NCBI GenBank assembly: GCA_964491425.1
Contig: CAZBFR010000002.1
Coordinates: forward strand, 1 to 33,237
Source of the DNA: an uncultured Gammaproteobacteria bacterium
GTDB lineage: Bacteria; Patescibacteriota; Patescibacteriia; UBA9934
Reading direction: 5' to 3'
DNA length: 33,237 nt
The position numbers and the translations under genes are program-made. A model generated the notes under the pieces. It worked only from the letters and a program-made list of their open reading frames with translations. It was not told the DNA's origin and ran no database searches. Each line of letters opens with the position of its first letter. The stretch's first letter is position 1. This document shows positions 17,287-24,030 of the stretch, in pieces.

Positions 17287-17799
17287 ATGGAACACAAATA
17301 TCTGTCCTTGGCCCTTGAAGGAGGATTCTTAGCGGTTGTACTCGTATTTTTGGTAAAATTACTTATTTTTCCGGTATTCGCGGAAGAAGCGATTCCGGTT
17401 AGGGGGCAGGCGATGATCGATCTGCAAATAGAGGCGATGGATAACGAGACACGTCCCTTTGGCGAACTTACACCTGCCGAGGCACGCCCAATCGTTCCAT
17501 ACGGGAAAATGTCGATTTCGGCCTATAATTCCGTTCCTTGGCAGACCGACGCGACGCCGTGTATCGGGGCCGCTGGAACCGATATTTGTAAGAGTTTTGA
17601 GGGCGGGATGGCGATTTGTGCGGCAAATTTCGTTCCGCTTGGAACAACGCTATCTGTCGAAGGCTTAGGGCGCTGTACCGTTCTTGACCGGATGAACGCG
17701 CGGTATACGCGTCGGGTGGACTGGTTTATGGGCTACGACGTGCCGGCCGCGAAGCAGTTCGGGGTACGGACCCGCGCGGTTGTCGCCTTTTATGACTAG
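17287..17799 (+). CDS. 3D-domain (MltA/RlpA-like fold) protein with an N-terminal TM or signal segment
   Basis: 170 aa. ...SAYNSVPWQTDATPC...AICAANFVPLGTTLSVEGLGRCTVLDRMNARY..RVDWFM fits the 3D-domain pattern. Confidence 0.7.
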   Translation: MEHKYLSLALEGGFLAVVLVFLVKLLIFPVFAEEAIPVRGQAMIDLQIEAMDNETRPFGELTPAEARPIVPYGKMSISAYNSVPWQTDATPCIGAAGTDICKSFEGGMAICAANFVPLGTTLSVEGLGRCTVLDRMNARYTRRVDWFMGYDVPAAKQFGVRTRAVVAFYD

Positions 17800-17812
17800 T
17801 GTTAGGATTGAA

Positions 17813-18301
17813 ATGACTATGAAAAAACTCCTTATTGCCTTTGTTGCCATTACGCTTCTTGGAGCGGGATGCCTTAAAAAAGCGGATGATTCTTATTCCT
17901 GGGCCCTCGATTTTGACCTTCCAAAGGGTTGGATTGCGGTAGCTCCTTATAGCGAACTTGGCGAGCCGATTAAAACCAACCTTCCAATTACGGAGGACCT
18001 TGCGGAAATTTTCCTCCAAACGGGAGAAAAACACATCGTTACCCTTGAAGACGACAAGATTCCGGCAGACATGTCACAGTACGGGGATTATGAAAAAGAT
18101 TCATACGTACGAATTTCTGTTATCCGTTTAAGCGAGCGTCGAATTATTCCGGCAACGGCAACCGATCTCGGAAAGGGATTTTTCAAAGAGGGTGATAAAT
18201 ATTACTTCCAAGGAAAGGACGGAAAGTATCAATTTACAATAAAGGCGGAAGGAATGGGGCTTGAGGAAGCGGAAGCGATTATTCTTTCGGCGAAGGAGTA
18301 G
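17813..18301 (+). CDS. Putative lipoprotein
   Basis: MTMKKLLIAFVAITLLGAGC has a lipobox (L-G-A-G-C). I recognise no family. Confidence 0.6.
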   Translation: MTMKKLLIAFVAITLLGAGCLKKADDSYSWALDFDLPKGWIAVAPYSELGEPIKTNLPITEDLAEIFLQTGEKHIVTLEDDKIPADMSQYGDYEKDSYVRISVIRLSERRIIPATATDLGKGFFKEGDKYYFQGKDGKYQFTIKAEGMGLEEAEAIILSAKE

Positions 18302-18307
18302 TTTATT

Positions 18308-19243
18308 ATGAAACGGGAGGCGTTTGAAGCGTTGTGGGAGTCCTCCTTGAGGCGGGAACTTGAGGGCCTTGAAGAACTGCGTCTTAAAGAACGACGGGCG
18401 ATTATTATAGGTTCGATTGTAGGGGGAGCGATCGCAATTGCCTTGAGTGTGTTCGCGGCCGTGAACGAGGGGGATATTCGAATTGGTATTTTTGGGGCTC
18501 TCGCAGGGACCGGTTTGTACTATCTCTTGCATCCAATGGAGTATCGAGCGAAGTACAAGGACCTTGTGATTAAGGGGCTGATGAATCAAACGACGTATCG
18601 CTGGGAACACGAAGCGAAACGCGCGGGTCAAGACGATAAGTACGACACGCTTTTAAAAGAGTCGGGGTTGTATCGTGTCTCGGGAGCGAACAGGGCTGTG
18701 GCGGACGATGTATTTGTTTCGAAGACTACCTCACTTCACTGCGCCGAACTCCACGCTTCGGCGGGGAGCGGAAAACAAAAGAGAGATTATTTCATGGGGC
18801 TGTTTTTCGCCTTTAATCTCTCAAGGTCATTTAACGGAGAGACCTATTTACGCAAGGCGGTAAGTTACGCGGATCCGGTTGGAAGATCGGGTACCTACGG
18901 ATCGCTTAAAACGATTTCGCTCGAGTGGGGTGAGTTTGAGAGACTTCTTGAGGTGAAGTCAACCGACGAGGTTGAGGCGCGCGAGATTCTCGATCCCCGC
19001 TTCATGGCTATTTTGTATGATTGGTGGGTGACGCACAAGGCGAGCGTTCGTATCGGCTTCCACCACAATCACCTCTACTTATCAGCGGGATTTGGGAGAA
19101 ATTTATTTGAACCAAGACCATTTTCCTCAATTGAAACGCACAAAGATCAGCTTTGGGAGTATCTCGACGCCTTTCTTCTTGTTGAAAAGTTGTTCGACCA
19201 CGTTGAACACAAATATCGGCTAACGAAAAAACTCGAGGTTTAA
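18308..19243 (+). CDS. DUF3137-like membrane protein
   Basis: 311 aa. AAGGAG lies 10 nt upstream. After two TM helices come ...YFMGLFFAFNLSRSFNGETYL...LEWGEFERLLEVKSTDEVEAREILDPRFM..., which fits my recollection of the DUF3137 pattern. Confidence 0.65.
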   Translation: MKREAFEALWESSLRRELEGLEELRLKERRAIIIGSIVGGAIAIALSVFAAVNEGDIRIGIFGALAGTGLYYLLHPMEYRAKYKDLVIKGLMNQTTYRWEHEAKRAGQDDKYDTLLKESGLYRVSGANRAVADDVFVSKTTSLHCAELHASAGSGKQKRDYFMGLFFAFNLSRSFNGETYLRKAVSYADPVGRSGTYGSLKTISLEWGEFERLLEVKSTDEVEAREILDPRFMAILYDWWVTHKASVRIGFHHNHLYLSAGFGRNLFEPRPFSSIETHKDQLWEYLDAFLLVEKLFDHVEHKYRLTKKLEV

Positions 19244-19255
19244 CCCTCGGGTTTT
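19221..19255. repeat. Direct repeat copy 1 (35 bp), covering the 3' end of the DUF3137 gene plus its terminator hairpin
   Basis: TAACGAAAAAACTCGAGGTTTAACCCTCGGGTTTT is identical to 20276-20310. It contains the hairpin 19232-19238/19245-19251 and a T-run. Confidence 0.9.
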
Positions 19256-19278
19256 GTTTATACTGCTACAATCTAGAT

Positions 19279-20274
19279 ATGCCCCCAGAAAGATTTTCAA
19301 AAAGTCCCGAGGTTCCAAAGCGAAAATATGCGGAGGATATTTTCGATCAGCTACCGGAAGTCGAAGTTGGTGTCGAGATACCGCGGGTTTCTATTACAAG
19401 ACTAACGGCTGGAAAAGCCGTTAGTCTAAGCCTATCTGTTGCGGAAAACCTTGGTAGACAGGGATGGGACGTGGACAGTTTGAAAACTACTGGTAAAGGG
19501 GACCTCGTCATCAATCAGCGTACCGGTGAGGTATATGTGGTGGTGGAGGTCCAAAAAGGGATGCTAAAAATCCGAGAGCATGAAACGGGAATGGAGGGTG
19601 CGATCGTTGCTCGGCCTAGAAGTTTAAAAGCTCACGAGTACTTGTACAGTATTCGAACTGATTTAGGTCTTTCTAAGAAAGTTAAAGTTTATGATGCTGT
19701 CTATCTGGATCATTCGTTAGAGACCGGTGAGTTTATGGATGGCGTCGCGGGTTCCATTCCGGCACCGTGTATGGATGTATTTGATGAAATCCAAGTGCAT
19801 CCACAGAGTACCGAGAAAGCTGGCGTCTTTAAGACCGAATCAGCCCTATTTTCAGAGAGGCGTGTTTTGTCAGCATATGTTAATGACAGCGGGCACTCGA
19901 TTGATGGCGTGAGAGAAACTATTTACCACGAATTGGGTCACGCTATCGCTAAGTACCTAAAAGGGAAGGTGAATCCAGGTGAAAAGTGGAAACAAGCCAT
20001 GCGAGAAGATGGGAATGAAGTTTCGAAATACGCGGCCAAAACGAGATATCCAAAACAGAATGATAACGGTGAGATAGAAGATTTTGCCGAGGCGGTGATG
20101 ATGTATTTGGCTACTGATGGTGCAAAAGAGGGGCGAGCTCGTGTTCTACGGGACTTCTGTAAGAGTCGTTTTCAAAAACTAGACGAGGTGTTTGCGGAGC
20201 TACTGGTTAGACAGAATTCTAGTAGACTGGACGCTCTAAAAAGGAGACTATTAAAACCTATCGGATCTTTATAG
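19279..20274 (+). CDS. HExxH zinc-metallopeptidase-like protein with a lethal-factor/M34-like motif arrangement
   Basis: 331 aa with no signal peptide. HELGH lies at residues 217-221 (nt 19927-19941) and EIEDFAEAV 44-50 residues downstream. This resembles the HExxH...E-F-F-A-E-A arrangement of anthrax lethal-factor-like gluzincins. Confidence 0.7.
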   Translation: MPPERFSKSPEVPKRKYAEDIFDQLPEVEVGVEIPRVSITRLTAGKAVSLSLSVAENLGRQGWDVDSLKTTGKGDLVINQRTGEVYVVVEVQKGMLKIREHETGMEGAIVARPRSLKAHEYLYSIRTDLGLSKKVKVYDAVYLDHSLETGEFMDGVAGSIPAPCMDVFDEIQVHPQSTEKAGVFKTESALFSERRVLSAYVNDSGHSIDGVRETIYHELGHAIAKYLKGKVNPGEKWKQAMREDGNEVSKYAAKTRYPKQNDNGEIEDFAEAVMMYLATDGAKEGRARVLRDFCKSRFQKLDEVFAELLVRQNSSRLDALKRRLLKPIGSL

Positions 20275-20275
20275 G

Positions 20276-20310
20276 TAACGAAAAAACTCGAGGTTTAACC
20301 CTCGGGTTTT
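20276..20310. repeat. Direct repeat copy 2 (35 bp), acting as a bidirectional terminator between the metallopeptidase gene and tRNA-Cys
   Basis: Identical to 19221-19255. A T-run lies on the plus side (20307-20313) and an A-run (20281-20286) gives a T-run on the minus strand. Confidence 0.9.
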
Positions 20311-20312
20311 TT

Positions 20313-20387
20313 TGGAGGCCACGGTGAGAATCGAACTCACGCATAGCGGTTTTGCAGACCGCCGAATTACCATTTTTCTACGTGGCC
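20313..20387 (-). tRNA. tRNA-Cys: tRNA-Cys (anticodon GCA), with CCA encoded
   Basis: The reverse complement folds as a cloverleaf. Acceptor GGCCACG/CGTGGCC; anticodon stem GCGGT/ACCGC with loop CTGCAAA; T-arm GTGAG/CTCAC with loop TTCGATT; 3' TCCA. Length 75 nt. Confidence 0.92.
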
Positions 20388-20467
20388 GTTGCAAGGAGGG
20401 TAACAGAATTGGGTGAAGTTTTCAAGAGCTCATTAGTTTGGGTGTGTGCTTCGGATTACATAAGTAA

Positions 20468-20500
20468 GAGCCGTCCACCGGATGATTCGGTGGGCGGCTC
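20468..20500 (-). terminator. Strong hairpin downstream of the M23 peptidase gene
   Basis: A 13-bp stem 20468-20480/20488-20500 (one G-U pair) with a 7-nt loop. It lies about 40 nt past the stop codon, followed by a moderately T-rich tail on the minus strand. Confidence 0.45.
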
Positions 20501-20542
20501 AGAGACGGTCGACAAGCAGCTAGCGTGGGGTCGCCGGTTCTA

Positions 20543-21151
20543 TTACTTGAACCTAGGGCGCAGGCTAATGACTCCGAACTGCCCACGTCCACCGTCGCTC
20601 ATAAATGCCAGAAAGTGCAGGTGGTCTCGGTCGGTCCAACCACTCTTACCGGTCCGAGCGATGGGCTGACCCGCGTCCACGTAATCTCCGACCTTGATGC
20701 CGAACTCGCATTCGGATCCCCGCGCCAAGTGGCAGTACTGCGTCCAGTGACGATACTCGGGTGGTCCGGAATGGTGATGTGTTCGCCGTGTCGTGTGAGC
20801 AAGCGTGATGTAGTTCAGGTCATCAGCGAACTCATACGTGGGCCCGTATCGTTCGGAATCTGTCTTGACCACCTCTACTCTTCCATCGTCGGCAGCATAG
20901 ACAACGGTTCCGTCAGGAACCAGAAAATCAATGGCGTGCCTAAAGGGGCCGATGTGGCTGTTGGGACTTTGACAACAGAGGAACGGCCCTTGAAGGAACA
21001 GATCTTCCTTGGTGACGCCGGCTACTAGGGCCGGAACCGCGAGACGAAGCGTTGTGGAGTCCTGAATCGGAAAGGATAGTGGATACGGGTATTCTTGGTC
21101 AGACGCGTACAGCGGGTTTGACGCTTCGCGTAGAAGGGTTTCGTAGTTCAC
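20543..21151 (-). CDS. M23-family peptidase without a recognisable signal peptide, GC-rich
   Basis: 202 aa with a GTG start and GAGG 9 nt upstream. M23 motifs are HAIDF (HxxxD) and DHLHF (HxH). GC is about 60% against about 48% for the backbone. Confidence 0.75.
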   Translation of the reverse strand: MNYETLLREASNPLYASDQEYPYPLSFPIQDSTTLRLAVPALVAGVTKEDLFLQGPFLCCQSPNSHIGPFRHAIDFLVPDGTVVYAADDGRVEVVKTDSERYGPTYEFADDLNYITLAHTTRRTHHHSGPPEYRHWTQYCHLARGSECEFGIKVGDYVDAGQPIARTGKSGWTDRDHLHFLAFMSDGGRGQFGVISLRPRFK

Positions 21152-21225
21152 GATAAACCTCGGGAGTTAGTGGATGGCGCCCATTTGTATGAACGCAGGT
21201 GTAAGTTATAGGCTTACTTATAAAC

Positions 21226-21265
21226 TTGCAAACAGTTGGCAATTTGTTGTAGAATTGTATTCTAC
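21226..21265 (+). promoter_or_regulatory. Putative promoter with an overlapping palindromic operator upstream of the TrmB-like regulator
   Basis: TTGCAA (21226-21231), 18-nt spacer, TAGAAT (21250-21255). The perfect inverted repeat GTAGAAT-TGT-ATTCTAC (21249-21265) overlaps the -10 box. Confidence 0.35.
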
Positions 21266-21326
21266 AAAAAGTATTATTAAAGTCCAATATAGTTGTAATT
21301 TATTAAAAAGTGTTGAAAAACAATCT

Positions 21327-22082
21327 ATGGAATCTATTGAATTAGCCTTAAAACAACTCGATTTATCAGAAAATGCAATCAAGATCTATCTGCAAAGCTT
21401 TCATACGGGAAGATCTACAATTGGAGCTTTGGCAAAATGTATATCCATGGATCGTTCCTCTGCCTATCTGGCCGTTCAACAACTCGTAGCAGAAGGACTA
21501 CTAAATGAGGATATTATCGATGGGAAAAAGCATGTTTGGGCAAGTCCACCTAATATAATTGGGGATCTGTTAAAAGATCACGCGCAACAATTTTCAGATA
21601 CCGCGCGAGATATCGATAAAAACTTGGGTGAATTACTGGTTAACTATAGGACGAATAATTCAAAAGTTGCTTTACAGTCATTTTCCGGAAATGGGTCATT
21701 ACCTCGAATTACACAGGATATTTTACAAAGTGATATATCAGAGGTGCGAATTTTTACGAATCAGAATGCCGAACGAAAAGTATTTTCGGCAAGCGCACAT
21801 GACGACTTTATTCAGTCCAGGGTCCGAAAAGGAATTAAGGCCTATGTTTTGGCTGCAGATACCAAAGGAGCGGATTTACTGCAACGATATGACGAGCGTG
21901 AACTGCGAAAAACAAAAGTTAATAAAAGTTTGGCGCCGTTAAAAAATGAAACGTACATTTACGGTGACAGTGTTGCTGTATTAGGATTCTCGGATACCGT
22001 TTTTGGATTTATTGTTCACGATAAAGAGTTTGCTGAGCTACAAAGGTTGTTATTTGACCACCTCTTTCAGACGGAAGGTTAA
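21327..22082 (+). CDS. TrmB-like winged-helix transcriptional regulator, AT-rich gene
   Basis: MESIELALKQLDLSENAIKIYLQSFHTGRSTIGALAKCISMDRSSAYLAVQQLVAEGLL fits the TrmB-type HTH pattern. The start is taken at the ATG at 21327 rather than at the track ORF start (21174). Confidence 0.65.
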   Translation: MESIELALKQLDLSENAIKIYLQSFHTGRSTIGALAKCISMDRSSAYLAVQQLVAEGLLNEDIIDGKKHVWASPPNIIGDLLKDHAQQFSDTARDIDKNLGELLVNYRTNNSKVALQSFSGNGSLPRITQDILQSDISEVRIFTNQNAERKVFSASAHDDFIQSRVRKGIKAYVLAADTKGADLLQRYDERELRKTKVNKSLAPLKNETYIYGDSVAVLGFSDTVFGFIVHDKEFAELQRLLFDHLFQTEG

Positions 22083-22444
22083 ACGCCGTGCTGTTCGTGG
22101 AGAATTCGAAGGATTGCGTCGAGCGGGAGGGAGGAGAGGTTTTTGGCTATGATCCGTTCAACGTTTTTACCGGTTTTTTTCTCGATCGTCTCGGCGAGAG
22201 GGGCTTTTTCTATCTCGATTGCGCAAAGATGAAGCGCTCCCGGGGATTTCTTTAGAAGTTTTGCGAGTGTTTCCGCGATAAGAGTAAAGAACGCGTTTCG
22301 GTCGCCTTCTTCTCCCGTCCAGTCGATCTTTTTTATCTCTTCGATCGTTCGATCTTTTGCGTAAATAAACCGCGCGCAGGTATTGCCGACGATTGTAAGG
22401 ATGGCGGGCTCCTTGTAGGGCGTGTAGTGTGCAGAAAGTTGCAT
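22079..22444 (-). CDS. Hypothetical protein
   Basis: 121-aa ORF with host-like composition. TATACT lies 10 nt upstream of the ATG. I recognise no family. Confidence 0.5.
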   Translation of the reverse strand: MQLSAHYTPYKEPAILTIVGNTCARFIYAKDRTIEEIKKIDWTGEEGDRNAFFTLIAETLAKLLKKSPGALHLCAIEIEKAPLAETIEKKTGKNVERIIAKNLSSLPLDAILRILHEQHGV

Positions 22445-22452
22445 ACGTCCCG

Positions 22453-22480
22453 CTTAGTATACCAAAGATTATGTTATACT
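22453..22480 (+). promoter_or_regulatory. Extended -10 promoter giving a leaderless VIT-family mRNA
   Basis: TGT-TATACT (22472-22480) with a weak -35 (TTAGTA, 22453-22458). The ATG at 22488 begins 8 nt after the end of the -10 hexamer. No SD site is present. Confidence 0.4.
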
Positions 22481-22487
22481 GCTTGAT

Positions 22488-23021
22488 ATGGAAGGAGGCA
22501 GGGGATCATTTTTGCGCACGCAAATCCGGGAGATTGTTTTTGGTATTGAAGATAGTCTCGTTTCGACGATGGGCGCAGTAACCGGAATTGCGGTTGGTGT
22601 TGAGGATCGGGGGATTGTTGTTCTCTCTGGGGTTGTGTTTGTCGCTGTTGAAGCGATTTCCATGGGGGCTGGAAGCTATCTTTCGTCGAAGTCGGCGCGT
22701 GAAGCGGAGGGGACGCTAAAAAAGCGCTCGAAGGCCGTTGAAAAGAAGATACGTTCAGAGTCGATTGTTTCCGCGCTTGTCATGGGCGTGTTTTATTTAC
22801 TCGGAGGACTTGTTCCGCTCCTTTGGTATCTTATTTTCCCTCTCGGGATTGCGATACCGGCGTCGGTTGTTGCGTCGCTTGCCCTTCTCTTTATCGTTGG
22901 AGCCGTAAAGGGGCGGGTTGTTGGCGTTTCCGCGGGACGAAGCGGGCTCGAGATGCTTCTTGTTGGAGGGGGAGCGGGGCTTGTTGGTTACTTAATCGGA
23001 CGATTCTATGTTCTTTCATAG
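22488..23021 (+). CDS. VIT1/CCC1-family iron/manganese transporter
   Basis: 177 aa. ...IREIVFGIEDSLVSTMGAVTGIAVG... and the C-terminal TM bundle fit the VIT family. Confidence 0.8.
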   Translation: MEGGRGSFLRTQIREIVFGIEDSLVSTMGAVTGIAVGVEDRGIVVLSGVVFVAVEAISMGAGSYLSSKSAREAEGTLKKRSKAVEKKIRSESIVSALVMGVFYLLGGLVPLLWYLIFPLGIAIPASVVASLALLFIVGAVKGRVVGVSAGRSGLEMLLVGGGAGLVGYLIGRFYVLS

Positions 23022-23034
23022 ATTAACAAAGCCG

Positions 23035-23997
23035 ATGGCTCCGGAGTTCCCGCCAAGGTCGACTTTTATCGGCGACCGAACAACCTTAAAAGCGCTCCGC
23101 GGGAAAGTTGTGCTCCTCGATTTTTTTACAACAAGCTCGACGAATTGGCTTCGAACGCTCCCTAGGATTCAAGAGTGGCAGAAAAAGTATGCGGACACTC
23201 CGTTTCGAATTATCGGGGTACACTCTCCGGAATTTAGTTATGAAATCGACGAAGAACATGTCGAAAGTATTCTTAAGGCGCTTAAAATAACCTATCCGGT
23301 CCTTCTTGATCCTGAGTTTAAAATGTGGAAGCGGTACGCGAATCACTGGTGGCCAAGGCAGTTTGTGATTGATGCGAAGGGACATGTTGTTTACGACCAT
23401 ATCGGCGAGGGAGGCTACTATGAAACGGAAACGGCGATTCAGCATGCGCTTCTTGACGCTGGGGTGAAGAATCTCCCTGTTCTTGCTCCCGAAGAGCTCA
23501 TTGGCGGAGGCGTTTGTTACCGAACGACGCCGGAACTCTATTTTGGGTATCTTCGCGGGCGTTACGGAAGCGTTGAGCGAGTAAATCCAAACGACGAGCA
23601 AGCGTTTCTTGATCGCGCGGAAAAGCAAGACGATCTTCTTTATTTACAAGGACATTGGGGCGTTTACGGAGAGCATCTTTCTCACGACCGTGCTCTTCCT
23701 GCGAAAACCGATTATTTCGCTGTAAAATATAGCGGATTTACCGTCCATCTTATTGGCGGATCCGTAAAGCGTAAGCGCACGCTTCTTGAGGTTGAACTTG
23801 ACGGGAGTCCGATTCCCGAAGATTTGCGCGGGGAAGATATTATTGTAGAAGATGAAAAAACATTCTTAGCCGTTAAAGAAACCCGCAACTATCAAATCAT
23901 TGCTTCCGAGGTGTATCATCGCGGTATTTTAAAAGTGAAAACGGACGCGGAATACCTCCAACTCTTTGCTCTTTCCTTCGGTTCTTGCGCGCCTTGA
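23035..23997 (+). CDS. Thioredoxin-fold (DipZ C-terminal-like) protein lacking the CxxC motif
   Basis: ...LRGKVVLLDFFTTSSTNWLRTLPRIQEWQKKY...IIGVHSPEFSYE...YPVLLDPEFKMWKRYANHWWPRQFVID...GEGGY matches the DipZ-like redoxin pattern. Ser and Trp replace the two active-site Cys residues. An alternative start is 23008. Confidence 0.7.
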   Translation: MAPEFPPRSTFIGDRTTLKALRGKVVLLDFFTTSSTNWLRTLPRIQEWQKKYADTPFRIIGVHSPEFSYEIDEEHVESILKALKITYPVLLDPEFKMWKRYANHWWPRQFVIDAKGHVVYDHIGEGGYYETETAIQHALLDAGVKNLPVLAPEELIGGGVCYRTTPELYFGYLRGRYGSVERVNPNDEQAFLDRAEKQDDLLYLQGHWGVYGEHLSHDRALPAKTDYFAVKYSGFTVHLIGGSVKRKRTLLEVELDGSPIPEDLRGEDIIVEDEKTFLAVKETRNYQIIASEVYHRGILKVKTDAEYLQLFALSFGSCAP

Positions 23998-24030
23998 GTT
24001 CTTCCCTTGTTTTTGTTACGCTTGCCGTCT

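Noticed and set aside
20352-21028. Plus-strand ORFs 20352-20669 and 20525-21028.
   Set aside because: The first overlaps tRNA-Cys and a terminator hairpin. The second is antisense to the M23 peptidase gene in GC-rich DNA.
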